A stretch of DNA of 64,000 nt, from positions 475-64,474 of the forward strand of contig CAZBWA010000003.1 in the NCBI GenBank assembly GCA_964495555.1, given 5' to 3'. Source of the DNA: an uncultured Bifidobacteriaceae bacterium (GTDB taxonomy: Bacteria; Actinomycetota; Actinomycetes; S36-B12). The translations under genes were made by a program, and so were the position numbers. This document shows, piece by piece, positions 39,829 through 51,238 of this stretch (position 1 is its first letter; each line of letters starts with the position of its first letter). The notes beneath the pieces were generated by a model. It worked only from the letters and a program-made list of their open reading frames with translations. It was not told where the DNA came from and ran no database searches.

Positions 39829-40290
39829 TCAGGTCAGAAGTTCCACGGCCTCGGCGACGATGGCGTCGACGCAGGAGCGGCGGATCTCGTCGCGGGCACC
39901 CGTGCACTGGATCGTCCACGTCCGGATCCCCCCGGGCCACCACACTCCGAGGCACGCCCTGCCGACGGGTGCCCCCCCGTGGGACTCCGGGCCGGCCACC
40001 CCCGTCGTGCCCAAACCCACGTCGGCCCCGAGCAGGGCCGCGGCTCGACGCGCCATTGCCCCGGCAACCTCCTCACTGACGAGACCCTGACCGAGTTCCT
40101 CGACCGTGACTCCGAGAACCATCCGCTTCACTTCGGCCGTGTAGGCGATCACTCCCCCACGAAAGACGTCCGAGCATCCCGGCACGCTCGCGATCGCGCC
40201 GCCGACCCACCCGGCGGTCAGGGACTCACCCGTGGCGATGGACAGACCCCGCTCCCGCAGCACAGTGACGAGTCTCTCCGAAGTGGTCAT
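39829..40290 (-). CDS. pncC: CinA C-terminal domain protein (nicotinamide-nucleotide amidase PncC-like)
   Basis: [29 protein letters not shown] motif. ATGA overlap with the pgsA stop. The ORF-track start at 40788 is an alternate-frame extension through pgsA. Confidence 0.85.
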   Translation of the reverse strand: MTTSERLVTVLRERGLSIATGESLTAGWVGGAIASVPGCSDVFRGGVIAYTAEVKRMVLGVTVEELGQGLVSEEVAGAMARRAAALLGADVGLGTTGVAGPESHGGAPVGRACLGVWWPGGIRTWTIQCTGARDEIRRSCVDAIVAEAVELLT

Positions 40291-40841
40291 CGGGACTGCC
40301 GCACCATGCGCAGGACCTTCACCACGTAGTCGATGCCGGTCACGACCGTGAGCACGAGCGCGACGAGCAGCGCAGCGTGCGCGAGGAACGCCCACGCAGG
40401 GATGCCCCCGAGCGGCACAAGGAGCATCGTGATCGCGACGATTTGAACGACGGTCTTGACTCGACCTCCTGGTGACGCGGGGATGACGGCGGTGCGCACG
40501 ACGGCCAGGCGCATCACAGTGATCCCGACTTCCCTCACCATGATCACGATCGTCACCCACCATGCGACCTCGCCGATGATCGACAGTGCGATCAATGCCG
40601 TCCCCGTCAGGGCCTTGTCCACGATGGGATCCAGGAGTGTTCCCACCGCTGTGACCTGTCCGCGTGATCTCGCCAGGGACCCGTCCACGAAATCCGTCAG
40701 GGACGCCGCCACGAACACGATCGCGGCCGTCCAGCGGGCAGGTGCCGTGTCCGAGCCCAGGACGAGCACCCCGACGACGGGGACGCACGCCAGTCGCAGC
40801 AGTGTGAGTGCGTTGGGCAGGTTCCAGACCCCCTGCGTCAC
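40287..40841 (-). CDS. pgsA: CDP-diacylglycerol--glycerol-3-phosphate 3-phosphatidyltransferase
   Basis: CDP-alcohol phosphatidyltransferase motif [30 protein letters not shown] 40841 in a GTGA overlap with the rimO stop. Confidence 0.85.
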   Translation of the reverse strand: MTQGVWNLPNALTLLRLACVPVVGVLVLGSDTAPARWTAAIVFVAASLTDFVDGSLARSRGQVTAVGTLLDPIVDKALTGTALIALSIIGEVAWWVTIVIMVREVGITVMRLAVVRTAVIPASPGGRVKTVVQIVAITMLLVPLGGIPAWAFLAHAALLVALVLTVVTGIDYVVKVLRMVRQSR

Positions 40842-42214
40842 GTGATCACCCGCGCACCGAGGTCCACCCCGTCGACGGATTCCACGGCGACCCGCAGGAA
40901 GTCCCCCACGGCAGGCGCCGTGCCCGGGCCCCGCATCATGGTGGACCCGTCGTCGGGACCTTGGTGCGACGCCCGGCCCTCGGCCCACCAGTCCTCACCG
41001 TCGCGGCCGACGGTCTCGACGAGGACCTCGAGGGCCTGACCCACCCGATCCCCAGCCCGCTGGGCCATCAGCTCCTCGGCGACCGACGTCACTGCGGCAA
41101 CTCTCCGTTCGATCTCGCGGGGATCTACCTTGTCTGCGAAACCCTGCGCCTCGGTGTCGTCTTCATCGCTGTAGCCGAACACGCCGATGGCGTCGAGACG
41201 TGCGCGCGTGAGGAAGTCCAGGAGCGTTTCGACATCTTCGGCGGTCTCACCGGGAAAGCCGACGATCACGTTGCTGCGCACCCCCGCCTCCGGCGCAATC
41301 GTCCTGATCCGATCCAACAGATCGAGGAACGCCTCTGTGCCACCGAATCTGCGCATGCGACGCAGGATCCCCGGGCTCGCATGCTGGAAGGAGAGGTCGA
41401 AATACGTGGCGATCGCCGGATGCTGAGCGATCACCTCGATCAAGGTGGGCCGCATCTCCGCCGGTTGAAGGTAGGCGACGCGCAGGCGCACACCCGGTGT
41501 GGCCTCCGCGAGTGCGGGCAGCAGGCTCTCGAGGAGACGGAGGTCTCCAAGGTCTTTCCCATAAGACGTGGAGTTCTCACTCACCAGGTTTATCTCTCGG
41601 ACGCCCTCGGACGCCAACCACGCTGCCTCGGCGATGAGTTCCGTCGGTGTCCGCGACACGAAGGCACCCCGGAATCGCGGGATCGCGCAGAACGTGCAGC
41701 GCCGGTCACATCCGGACGCCAGCTTGAGCGGCGCGACGGGCTTGCCATCTAGCCGCTGCCGCAGGACGGGAGGACTCCATCCCGCCGCGTGCTGAGGTCG
41801 CTCCACCGGGCTCAGCGGGATGAGCGTTCGCCGATCGATGGGCTCGTGGACGTCGATGGCGCGCCCGGCGACCACGTCCTCGAGAACCTGGCCGATCCGT
41901 GCGTAGGAGTCGAAGCCGACCACGGACGCCTCCGGCAACGCCGAGGCCAACTCCGTGCCGTATCTCTCGGCAAGGCACCCGACCGCGACGACACGTCTCC
42001 CGCCTTCCGCGTGCGCGAGAACCGTGTCGATGGAGTCCTTCTTGGCGCTCTCGATGAAGCCGCAGGTGTTGACCAGCACGACATCCGCGGCGTCCATGTC
42101 ACTGGTCAGCGACCATCCGGTGTCCCGGAGGCGACCTGCCAGCTCCTCGCTGTCGACCTCGTTACGCGCACATCCGAGGGTCACGACCCCCACGCGCCTC
42201 CCAGGTGTCGCCAC
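40838..42214 (-). CDS. rimO: ribosomal protein S12 methylthiotransferase (radical SAM)
   Basis: [13 protein letters not shown], radical-SAM motif [11 protein letters not shown] and a TRAM C-terminus. GTG 42214 was chosen by N-terminal length against E. coli RimO. The ORF-track start at 42346 overlaps the upstream gene. Confidence 0.85.
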   Translation of the reverse strand: MATPGRRVGVVTLGCARNEVDSEELAGRLRDTGWSLTSDMDAADVVLVNTCGFIESAKKDSIDTVLAHAEGGRRVVAVGCLAERYGTELASALPEASVVGFDSYARIGQVLEDVVAGRAIDVHEPIDRRTLIPLSPVERPQHAAGWSPPVLRQRLDGKPVAPLKLASGCDRRCTFCAIPRFRGAFVSRTPTELIAEAAWLASEGVREINLVSENSTSYGKDLGDLRLLESLLPALAEATPGVRLRVAYLQPAEMRPTLIEVIAQHPAIATYFDLSFQHASPGILRRMRRFGGTEAFLDLLDRIRTIAPEAGVRSNVIVGFPGETAEDVETLLDFLTRARLDAIGVFGYSDEDDTEAQGFADKVDPREIERRVAAVTSVAEELMAQRAGDRVGQALEVLVETVGRDGEDWWAEGRASHQGPDDGSTMMRGPGTAPAVGDFLRVAVESVDGVDLGARVIT

Positions 42215-42234
42215 CGCACCAGCGTACGGACCGA

Positions 42235-42468
42235 CTACCCCGGGCCAGAACCACCATCGAACTCGGCGAGGAGGGCATCTGGATCGAGTCCCAGCACGGC
42301 CGCGATGCTCTTCAGATGACCGCGCGCATACACATCGCCCCCGCATGCCGAGAAGTCCCCACTCTCGATGGCGGTGATGATCGATGCGCGGATTTTGGTT
42401 CGTTCGGCAAGGTCCTCGACGGACATTCCCGCCATGGTGCGCGCGCTCTCGACGCTGCGTCCCACCAC
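42235..42468 (-). CDS. short RodZ-like helix-turn-helix protein
   Basis: [51 protein letters not shown] matches the HTH N-domain of RodZ-like proteins. At 77 aa it lacks the TM and C-terminal domain. Confidence 0.7.
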   Translation of the reverse strand: MVGRSVESARTMAGMSVEDLAERTKIRASIITAIESGDFSACGGDVYARGHLKSIAAVLGLDPDALLAEFDGGSGPG

Positions 42469-42524
42469 GACGTCCTCCCGACCTCGGGGTTCACGCTAGA
42501 CCTGGACGGCGGTCTCGGCAACGT

Positions 42525-45029
42525 CTACGTCCCGCGGATGGTGGACAGGACCCCCGGGAGTTCCTCGGGCTTGACCAAGACCTCCCGGGCCTTGGAGCCT
42601 TCGCTGGGCCCCACGACGCCCCGCGTCTCCATGAGGTCCATGAGTCGCCCGGCCTTCGCGAACCCGACGCGCAATTTGCGCTGAAGCATCGATGTGGAAC
42701 CGAATTGTGTCGAGACCACCAACTCGACCGCCTGGAGAAGGACGTCCAAGTCGTCGCCGATCTCCTCGTCGATCTCACGGGTGGGCGCCGCCGCAGCGGT
42801 CACCTCCGGAAGGTAGTCGGCCTGGGATTGCGCGGTGCAGTGCTCGACGACGGCGCGGATCTCCCGTTCGCTGACGAACGCTCCCTGGATACGGGTCGGC
42901 TTGTTGGCGCCCATCGGAAGGAACAGGCCATCACCCTGCCCGACGAGCTTCTCCGCACCGGGCTGATCCAGGATGACGCGGCTGTCAGCCAGGCTCGAGG
43001 TGGCGAAGGCGAGCCGACTCGGCACGTTCGCCTTGATGAGTCCCGTGACGACGTCGACGCTCGGTCGCTGGGTGGCGAGCACCAGGTGGATGCCCGCCGC
43101 GCGCGCGAGCTGGGTGATGCGCACGATCGCGTCTTCGACGTCGCGTGGTGCGACCATCATGAGATCCGCCAGCTCGTCGACGATCACCAGCAGGTACGGA
43201 TACGGCTCGATCTCCCTCTCGCTACCGGGTAGGGGCGTGACTTTGCCGGCCCGCACGGCGGCGTTGAAGTCATCGATATGACGGAAACCGAAGTGTGCGA
43301 GGTCGTCATAACGTCGATCCATCTCCTTCACGACCCATTGGAGAGCGTCGGCAGCCTTCTTCGGGTTGGTGATGATGGGTGTGATCAGGTGCGGTACACC
43401 CTCGTAGACGCTCAACTCGACTCGCTTGGGATCGACCAGGATCATGCGCACATCCGCGGGAGTAGCCCTCATCAGAATCGATGTGATGAGGGCGTTTATG
43501 CAGCTGGACTTGCCTGCCCCCGTGGCGCCCGCGACCAGGATGTGCGGCATCGTCGCGAGGTTGGCTGTGACGAATCCACCCTCGACGTCCTTACCGAGGC
43601 CGACGGTGAGTGGATGCACATCGCCCTTCGCCGTCTTGCTGCGCAGGACGTCCCCGAGAGATACGAGTTCGCGATCCGTGTTCGGGATCTCGATACCGAT
43701 GGCCTTCTTGCCCGGTATCGGGCTGAGGATCCGGACATCTGCGCTCGCCACTGCATACGCGATGTTCTTGCTGAGCGCGGTGACGCGCTCGACCTTGACA
43801 CTCGGCCCGAGTTCAATCTCGTAGCGGGTCACCGTCGGGCCCCGCATGAAACCCGAGACCTCTGCATCGATACCGAATTGCTCCAGGACCTCGGTCAGGG
43901 CGGTGACGACGGAATCGTTCGCCCGGGTCGTCGACTTATGTGCCGGACCTGCCGAGAGCATGTCCGCCTTCGGCAACCGGTAGGTGGCACGTGGTCGCGA
44001 CGTCGGTACGACGGCCACGGGACTGCGCACTACTGCGACCGGCGCAGTGGGTGCATCTGACGTCACCGCAGGGATGACGGCGGTGTCCGCGGTGGGATCC
44101 GCGTGCAGGGGCATGGCCGCCTGGACCTCCTCGCCGAACTCCTGCACCCATGGGTCGAAGTCGTCCTCGATGGACTCCTCCTCGATGAAGGATTCGTGGT
44201 GATCACGGTCCTGCATCTCGTCGTCGGCGCCGCCCTCGACCCCATCGCTGTCGTCCAGGCGAGCGGGTTTCGGATCGCGTGCTGCGCGGGCCGTAGCGCT
44301 CAGATGCACCGCGCGCGAGCGCAGCCACCCGGCGGACCAGGCCACGCCATGCGCGACCTGACGCACAGATGTCCCGGTCACGATCATCGTGCCGAAAGCG
44401 AGGAGCAGAAGCAGGAGCAGGAACGTGACGATCGGTCCCACCGCGGACGACAAGGGAGCCGTGATCACCCATCCCACGACACCTCCGCCCGCATCCATGC
44501 GCAGCGCGCCGTCACTCGGCGTGGGGGTACCCGTCGCGACATGCCACATGCCCACTGCGGCTACGACCAAGGCGGCAGATCCGATGGCGATGCGTCCGGT
44601 GGTCGCACCGTCCTGAGGGTGGCGCAGGAATCGCCAGGCGAGGAAGAGCAGGAACACGGGCACGGCAAGGGACAGGACGCCGAGGAAGGTTCGGGAGATC
44701 TGCGCTGTCCACGCCACGAACCAGCCGTCGACTCCGAACCAGGTGGCCGCAGCCACCACGATCGCCGCGGCGACGAGCGCCAGGCCCACCCCGTCGCGCC
44801 GAGTCTCGGAGTCCAGCTCCTGGGCGCCACGACCAACGCCGCGCACGAGTGCGCCCACCAGGGTGGCCAGACCCGACCATGCCGCCGCCAGGGCGCGTCC
44901 CAGGGCCACGGCGATGCGGACGAGTGGTCCTGGTCGGACGGGCTTACGGGCAGGGCTACGCCGGCCGGTCTTCCGGCCCGACGGGGAAGGTCGACTCCGG
45001 CGCGCCGGAGCGGACGTACGGGACGCCAC
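42525..45029 (-). CDS. ftsK: DNA translocase FtsK
   Basis: N-terminal TM segments, an acidic linker, a motor domain (LVAGATGAGKSSCIN, LLVIVDELADLMM) and the gamma winged helix (GSTSMLQRKLRVGFAKAGRLMDLME). GTG 45029 has TAGAGT 6 nt upstream. Confidence 0.95.
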   Translation of the reverse strand: MASRTSAPARRSRPSPSGRKTGRRSPARKPVRPGPLVRIAVALGRALAAAWSGLATLVGALVRGVGRGAQELDSETRRDGVGLALVAAAIVVAAATWFGVDGWFVAWTAQISRTFLGVLSLAVPVFLLFLAWRFLRHPQDGATTGRIAIGSAALVVAAVGMWHVATGTPTPSDGALRMDAGGGVVGWVITAPLSSAVGPIVTFLLLLLLLAFGTMIVTGTSVRQVAHGVAWSAGWLRSRAVHLSATARAARDPKPARLDDSDGVEGGADDEMQDRDHHESFIEEESIEDDFDPWVQEFGEEVQAAMPLHADPTADTAVIPAVTSDAPTAPVAVVRSPVAVVPTSRPRATYRLPKADMLSAGPAHKSTTRANDSVVTALTEVLEQFGIDAEVSGFMRGPTVTRYEIELGPSVKVERVTALSKNIAYAVASADVRILSPIPGKKAIGIEIPNTDRELVSLGDVLRSKTAKGDVHPLTVGLGKDVEGGFVTANLATMPHILVAGATGAGKSSCINALITSILMRATPADVRMILVDPKRVELSVYEGVPHLITPIITNPKKAADALQWVVKEMDRRYDDLAHFGFRHIDDFNAAVRAGKVTPLPGSEREIEPYPYLLVIVDELADLMMVAPRDVEDAIVRITQLARAAGIHLVLATQRPSVDVVTGLIKANVPSRLAFATSSLADSRVILDQPGAEKLVGQGDGLFLPMGANKPTRIQGAFVSEREIRAVVEHCTAQSQADYLPEVTAAAAPTREIDEEIGDDLDVLLQAVELVVSTQFGSTSMLQRKLRVGFAKAGRLMDLMETRGVVGPSEGSKAREVLVKPEELPGVLSTIRGT

Positions 45030-45100
45030 GCGAGCACTCTAGGGGCTTCGTACCCCTGGTCCCGGTAGTCACACGCGCAACTTCCACCCCGCGAGTCGGG

Positions 45101-46777
45101 TCAGGCCTCGACGACCACCGGCACGATCATGGGCCGACGCCGATGGGTCGTGTTCACCCACCGACCGACAACCCGCCGGATTCTCTGCTGGAGGTCGTGC
45201 ATGTCCTCGTCCCCCGCCGCCATCGCGTCCAGCAGGGTCTGGCGTACCTGATCGGTCACATCCGCGAGGTCCACCTCCGCCCCAAAGCCCCGCGCGTGGA
45301 TTTCCGGGCCCGCGATCACCGACCCCGAGGACACGTCCACCGCGGCGAACACGGAGATGAACCCCTCCTCTCCCAGGATCCGTCGATCACGCAGGTGGGC
45401 TTCCGTTATGTCGCCGACCCCCGCACCATCCACATAGACGTGTCCGATCGGCGTATATCCCGAGACGCGCGCATCACCGGCTGCCAGATCGACGCTGACG
45501 CCGTCGTCGATGACCAGCACGTGATCCGTCGCGATCCCGACACTCTCGGCGATCCGCGCGTTTGCCCGGAGATGCCGCCACTCCCCGTGGATCGGCATGA
45601 CGTAGCGAGGCTTGACGATGTTGAAGACGTACCGCAACTCGCCCGAGGCAGCGTGACCGGAAACGTGGACGAGGGCGTTGCCCTTGTGCACGACGGACAC
45701 CTGCTGACGAGTCAGAGCATTGATGACCCGATTCACGGAGTTCTCATTGCCGGGGATGAGTGACGAGGCCAGGATGACCGTGTCGTTCTCCCCGATGGAC
45801 ACGCTGTGATCCCGGTTCGCCATCCGCGACAGTGCCGACATCGGCTCCCCCTGCGACCCGGTGCAGATCAGGACGACGCGATCATCGGGAAGGCTGGTGA
45901 CATCGTCGCTGGACACGAGGGTGTTGCCCGGGATCCGCAGATAGCCAAGATCACGCGCGATGGCCATGTTGCGCACCATGGACCGCCCAATGAATGCGAC
46001 GTGTCTTCCGTGGGCCACGGCCGTATCGATGATCTGCTGAACACGGTGCACGTGCGACGCGAAAGAGGCCACGATCACCCTTCCCGGCGCTCGCGCGAAC
46101 ACCCGATCCAGGACGGGGACTATGTCGCGCTCACTCGGGACGAATCCGGGTACTTCGGCGTTCGTGCTGTCGACCATCAAAAGGTCGACGCCTTCATCGC
46201 CCAACCGGGCGAACCCGTTGAGATCGGTGATACGCCCATCCAGGGGTAACTGGTCCATCTTGAAATCACCCGTGTGTAGGACGCGCCCTGCACTGGTCAC
46301 GATGCTCACGGCCATGGCATCGGGAATCGAGTGATTGACCGCAAGGAACTCGATCGAGAACGGACCGGCCACGTGGACCTCACCGTCGTCGACCTGCCTC
46401 ATGGGGGGCGAGAGACGGAACTCCCTGAGCTTCGCCTCGACGAGCGCCACGGTGAGTCGGGAAGCGAGGATCGGGATGTCCTCGCGTCCGCGCAAGAGGT
46501 AGGGAAGGGCCCCCACGTGGTCCTCATGGCCGTGCGTGAGCACCACGGCCTCGATGTCCTCCAATCGATCGGCGATCGGGGCGAAGTCCGGGAGGATCAG
46601 GTCCACACCCGGCTGCGCCTCGGCAGGGAAGAGAACCCCGCAGTCGACGATCAGGATCCGCCCGTCGAGTTCAAAGACGGTCATGTTCCGCCCGATGTCG
46701 CCCAGGCCTCCGAGCGGGGTGATCCGCAGGGTGCCGGGCTCCAGCGGTGGCGGTGGTCCGAGGTCGGTGTGGTGCAC
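45101..46777 (-). CDS. rnj: ribonuclease J
   Basis: Metallo-beta-lactamase/beta-CASP motifs (LTHGHEDHVGALPYL, GDFKMD). 558 aa with a GTG start 5 nt after the dapA stop. Confidence 0.93.
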   Translation of the reverse strand: MHHTDLGPPPPLEPGTLRITPLGGLGDIGRNMTVFELDGRILIVDCGVLFPAEAQPGVDLILPDFAPIADRLEDIEAVVLTHGHEDHVGALPYLLRGREDIPILASRLTVALVEAKLREFRLSPPMRQVDDGEVHVAGPFSIEFLAVNHSIPDAMAVSIVTSAGRVLHTGDFKMDQLPLDGRITDLNGFARLGDEGVDLLMVDSTNAEVPGFVPSERDIVPVLDRVFARAPGRVIVASFASHVHRVQQIIDTAVAHGRHVAFIGRSMVRNMAIARDLGYLRIPGNTLVSSDDVTSLPDDRVVLICTGSQGEPMSALSRMANRDHSVSIGENDTVILASSLIPGNENSVNRVINALTRQQVSVVHKGNALVHVSGHAASGELRYVFNIVKPRYVMPIHGEWRHLRANARIAESVGIATDHVLVIDDGVSVDLAAGDARVSGYTPIGHVYVDGAGVGDITEAHLRDRRILGEEGFISVFAAVDVSSGSVIAGPEIHARGFGAEVDLADVTDQVRQTLLDAMAAGDEDMHDLQQRIRRVVGRWVNTTHRRRPMIVPVVVEA

Positions 46778-46782
46778 GTCCC

Positions 46783-47682
46783 CTACTCGACACCTGCGAC
46801 GCGGCCCGCGGCGAGGTCGATGCGCAACTGCGCAACCTGCGCCGGTGTCGCGTCCACGAGGGGCAGTCGCACCGGCCCACCCGGGAGGCCCTGCATCGCG
46901 AGGGCCGCTTTCGTGAGGATCACGCCCTGGGTTCGGAACATCCCGGTATAGACCGGGAGCAGGGAGAAGTTGATTTCGCGGGCGCGCTCCATATCTCCCG
47001 AACGAACCGCGTCGGCCATAGCCGCCAAGCGGTCGCCCACCACGTGGCCCACGACCGAGATCATCCCCGAGGCCCCGACGCTCAGCAGTGCCAGATTGAG
47101 GGCGTCGTCACCCGAGTACCACGCTAGGCCTGTCTCCCGCATGCCCCACTGTGCGAACTCGAGGTCGCCCTTCGCGTCCTTGTTCGCGACGATCCTGGGA
47201 TGCTCGGCGAGACGCTTCAGGGTGTCGAGCTCGATCGCCGTGCCGGTGCGCCGTGGGATGTCGTAGGTGATCATCGGCAGGTCCGTGGCATCAGCGATTG
47301 CCCGGAAGTGTGCAACGAGCCCCTCCTGGGGCGGGCGGTTGTAGTACGGCGTGACCGCCATGACGGCGTCCGCTCCGCACGCCGCGGCCACGCGTGCAGC
47401 GCTGATCGAGTGCGCCGTGTCATTCGTTCCCACGCCGGCAATGACGGTGGCGCGGTCCCCGACCGCCTCGACGACCGCACGCAGTATCGCTTCGTCCTCC
47501 TGGTCGGTCTTCGTGGCCGACTCCCCCGTCGTGCCGTTGATGACGAGGCCGTCGTGCCGCAGGGTGTCCACGAGATGCGTCGCTAGGGCTTGGGCGCCTT
47601 CCAAGTCCAGCTCTCCGTCGGGCGTGAAGGGCGACACCATCGCCGTGAGCATCACGCCGAAGGGGGTGGCCGGAGCGCTCAT
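46783..47682 (-). CDS. dapA: 4-hydroxy-tetrahydrodipicolinate synthase
   Basis: DHDPS motifs INGTTGES, TPYYNRP and the active-site Lys region (IVANKDAKGD). Confidence 0.93.
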   Translation of the reverse strand: MSAPATPFGVMLTAMVSPFTPDGELDLEGAQALATHLVDTLRHDGLVINGTTGESATKTDQEDEAILRAVVEAVGDRATVIAGVGTNDTAHSISAARVAAACGADAVMAVTPYYNRPPQEGLVAHFRAIADATDLPMITYDIPRRTGTAIELDTLKRLAEHPRIVANKDAKGDLEFAQWGMRETGLAWYSGDDALNLALLSVGASGMISVVGHVVGDRLAAMADAVRSGDMERAREINFSLLPVYTGMFRTQGVILTKAALAMQGLPGGPVRLPLVDATPAQVAQLRIDLAAGRVAGVE

Positions 47683-47701
47683 AGTCGAAGGCTAGTGGTG
47701 C

Positions 47702-48421
47702 CTACGGCGCCACGCGTCCGTTGGCCACGAATGATGCGTACGTCAGGGGCATCAACTCCGACCATGCTGCCTCGTAGCGCTCGGCGACCATCTCGATCTC
47801 CCGCTGCGGATACGACGGGTAGCGGGAGTCATCGGATTTCAGTCGCAGGGACAGAAAGTTCATCAACGACCGTGCATTCAGCGTGACGTAGGCGCTCGAA
47901 TAAATCGACACGGGGAGGACCATCCGGGCAACCTCACGCGCGATGCCGGCATCCAACATCGTCTTGTAGGCGGCATAGGCACGACCACACGCCTCCTTCA
48001 TCTCTGAATCCATGAGGGCGTACTGGTGCTCATCGCCGGGGATGAACTCGTAGGCGCCGGTCTTGCCGATCTGCACCACGTTCCTCGAACGGTCGGGTAC
48101 GTAGAAGACCGGCTCCAACTCGCGGTAGCGACCGGACTCCTCGTTGTAGCTGGCGATGCGGTGGCGCATGTGCTCACGCCATACAAAGATGGGTGCACGG
48201 ACGAAGAAGGTCATCGAGTTGTGCTCGAACGGGCTGCCATGCCGCTCCCGCATCAGGTAATTGATCAGACCCTTCGAGCGCTCGGCGTCGGCGTCGATGT
48301 CTTCGAGCGTGGACTCGCCTGCCGTCGAGACCCTGGCCGCGAAGATCACGTCGGCATCTCGGGCACTCGCACGGACGAGCTCGACCGTGACGTCGCTGCG
48401 GAACTCGATATCGGCGGACAC
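47702..48421 (-). CDS. thyX: FAD-dependent thymidylate synthase
   Basis: ThyX motif REHMRHRIASYNEESGRY. GTG 48421 has TAGGGT 6 nt upstream. Confidence 0.93.
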   Translation of the reverse strand: MSADIEFRSDVTVELVRASARDADVIFAARVSTAGESTLEDIDADAERSKGLINYLMRERHGSPFEHNSMTFFVRAPIFVWREHMRHRIASYNEESGRYRELEPVFYVPDRSRNVVQIGKTGAYEFIPGDEHQYALMDSEMKEACGRAYAAYKTMLDAGIAREVARMVLPVSIYSSAYVTLNARSLMNFLSLRLKSDDSRYPSYPQREIEMVAERYEAAWSELMPLTYASFVANGRVAP

Positions 48422-48427
48422 CCCGAA

Positions 48428-48444
48428 ACCCTATCCGGCACAAT
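48428..48444. promoter_or_regulatory. back-to-back -10 boxes for divergent leaderless thyX and GNAT genes
   Basis: On the minus strand, TAGGGT (48433-48428)-ttcggg-GTG(48421). On the plus strand, CACAAT (48439-48444)-cacacg-ATG(48451). The whole spacer is 29 bp with no SD on either side. Confidence 0.45.
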
Positions 48445-48450
48445 CACACG

Positions 48451-48963
48451 ATGGCTTTCGTCCGCGCTGCCCACCCGGACGACGCTCCTCAGATCGCCGA
48501 CGTGCACCTGCGCGCCTGGCAGGAGCGGTATGCCGACTGGCCCGACGCCGTGTGGCGAGACCTGCAATCCACCGAGTCCATCGACACGTGGCGTCGCGAT
48601 GCCCTCGCGCCACCCTCGTCCGCTCATCACATCCTCGTGGCGACGGACGACGAGGATCGCGTATGCGGATTCCTCGTCCTCGAGCCTGACCCCGATGGGG
48701 ATGCGCGGATCGACCTCTTCGAGATCGATCCCCACGTGCGGACCCAGGGGCACGGTTCCCGACTGATGAGCGCGGCGGCCGAATACGCGCGCGCCGACTC
48801 CGCTACGGGACTGACACTGTGGCTGGATCAAGGCTCACCCGCAAGTAGGTTCTTGACGGAGAGCGGCTGGGGACCGCGGGGTGTCCGCCGCGTCCTGGAG
48901 ATCGTCGACGGGGTTCACCTCAGCCAGCATCAATGGTGGACCGCTCTGGGCGACGACGGCTAG
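48451..48963 (+). CDS. GNAT-family N-acetyltransferase
   Basis: 170 aa with the acetyl-CoA-binding segment IDPHVRTQGHGSRLM. Confidence 0.8.
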   Translation: MAFVRAAHPDDAPQIADVHLRAWQERYADWPDAVWRDLQSTESIDTWRRDALAPPSSAHHILVATDDEDRVCGFLVLEPDPDGDARIDLFEIDPHVRTQGHGSRLMSAAAEYARADSATGLTLWLDQGSPASRFLTESGWGPRGVRRVLEIVDGVHLSQHQWWTALGDDG

Positions 48964-48994
48964 ATGCGTGCGCGTTGGCCGCTACTGTCGCGGC

Positions 48995-49666
48995 GTGACG
49001 CGTCGCTCGACCACCGTGAACGCGCTCGGCATCGGGATCGCGACCGGTGCCTACGGGCTGTCCTTCGGGGCCATCAGCGTGGCGAGCGGTCTGGACTTCT
49101 GGCAGACGCAGGCTCTCTCCCTCGGCATGTTCACCGGGGCCTCGCAATTCGCGTTGGTGGGGGTTCTCGGTGCCGGAGGCGGCGCCGTCGCCGCCATCGT
49201 CACGGCGCTCCTGCTGGGAGCCCGCAATGGGCTCTACGCACTGAGCCTGGCACCCCTTCTGCAACTACGGCGCGGTACGGCGCTGGTGGCCGCACAGGTC
49301 ACCATCGACGAGAGCACCGCTATGGCCATCCGCCACCGTGACGACCGCAGCCATGCGCGTCATGCCTTCTGGGCGACCGGGATCTCCGTGTTCGTGCTGT
49401 GGAACATCGGGACTGCGATTGGCGCCCTGGGCGCAACGGCGCTGGACGATCCCGCCGTGCTGGGTCTCGACGCCGCCATCCCCGCAGGCTTCATCGCATT
49501 GCTCTGGCCCCGGCTCGTCGACCGAGGCTCCCGGATCTTGGCGGTGGCTGCCGCCGGCATCGCACTCCTCCTCATCCCCGTGGTACCCCCCGGGATACCC
49601 GTGCTCGGAGCCGCCGCGGTCGCGCTCGCAGCCGACGAACTCCTGCGTCGTCGGAGATCGACATGA
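48995..49666 (+). CDS. azlC: AzlC-family branched-chain amino acid exporter subunit
   Basis: Polytopic protein with GIGIATGAYGLSFGAISVASGL..MFTGASQF, typical of AzlC. The start is GTG 48995 or 48968. ATGA overlap with azlD. Confidence 0.8.
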   Translation: MTRRSTTVNALGIGIATGAYGLSFGAISVASGLDFWQTQALSLGMFTGASQFALVGVLGAGGGAVAAIVTALLLGARNGLYALSLAPLLQLRRGTALVAAQVTIDESTAMAIRHRDDRSHARHAFWATGISVFVLWNIGTAIGALGATALDDPAVLGLDAAIPAGFIALLWPRLVDRGSRILAVAAAGIALLLIPVVPPGIPVLGAAAVALAADELLRRRRST

Positions 49667-49974
49667 TCTGGGCTGCCGTGATCATCGCCAGTCTGGGCAC
49701 CTACGCCGAGAAGGTCGCTGGCTTCCTCCTTCCCGCGCGACTTCTGGACAACGTGGTCCTGCGTCGCTGGACATCGCTCCTTCCGATCGCGCTTCTCGCC
49801 GCACTTGTAGCGGTCCAGACGTTCTCCGCTGGCCAGTCTCTCGTCCTGGACGCGCGCGCAGCGGGGCTCGTCGCGGCGATCATCGCCCTCCTACTCCGCG
49901 CCCCCTTCCTGGTCGTCGTGGTGGTCGCGGCCGTCACGGCTGCCCTGCTCCGAGCGGGAGGGCTCGCAGCGTGA
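49663..49974 (+). CDS. azlD: AzlD-family small membrane protein
   Basis: 103 aa, highly hydrophobic, immediately after azlC. It is buried in an alternate frame of a longer ORF-track entry. Confidence 0.75.
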   Translation: MIWAAVIIASLGTYAEKVAGFLLPARLLDNVVLRRWTSLLPIALLAALVAVQTFSAGQSLVLDARAAGLVAAIIALLLRAPFLVVVVVAAVTAALLRAGGLAA

Positions 49975-50468
49975 CGCAGCGCCGGATATTCGCCTTCCTG
50001 TGGCCGGATCCCCCCACAGGACCGCTCGATGGGAATGCGCGTCAGGTGCGCCTCGTGCGCGTATCGCCGCGAGGACCACTGCGCGTCGTGCTCCTCGGGA
50101 TCCTGACGCTCGCCGCGTTCACGGTCGCCCTCGTGGGGGCGCTCCTCATCGTCAGCTCTCCGTCGGTGACCGGTGGCCTGATCCTGCTCTGCGTCCTGGC
50201 ACCCCTACTCGCGCTGACCGCTCGCGCATGGCAGCTCGGGACATATGTCAACGACGAGGGAGTGCGGGTTATCCGACTCTTCTCCACGGTCGGCCTGCTG
50301 TGGTCCGACGTGGAGGCTGTCGTGGATACGGCCGGATGCGTCTCCCTTGTGGGGGACGGCCGTACCGTGCCCACACATGTGCGGCGCATGGGCCTCGACC
50401 ACCTCGGGTCGCCGCAGTCCTACGACATCGCACGAGATCGGATCGCGAACTGGTGGCGTGCGGCCTGA
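49971..50468 (+). CDS. hypothetical membrane protein (two TM helices + PH-like C-terminal domain)
   Basis: GTG 49971 in a GTGA overlap with the azlD stop. Two hydrophobic helices are followed by a YVNDEGVRVIRLFS..WSDVEAV segment. The ORF-track start at 49338 overlaps azlC and azlD. Confidence 0.55.
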   Translation: MTQRRIFAFLWPDPPTGPLDGNARQVRLVRVSPRGPLRVVLLGILTLAAFTVALVGALLIVSSPSVTGGLILLCVLAPLLALTARAWQLGTYVNDEGVRVIRLFSTVGLLWSDVEAVVDTAGCVSLVGDGRTVPTHVRRMGLDHLGSPQSYDIARDRIANWWRAA

Positions 50469-50470
50469 CG

Positions 50471-51229
<759 letters not shown>

Positions 51230-51238
51230 CTACCCGCC

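Noticed and set aside
45041-45057. A 5-bp hairpin (AGGGG-cttcgta-CCCCT) as a terminator after rnj
   Set aside because: The stem is too short, there is no U-tract, and it overlaps the predicted ftsK -10 region.
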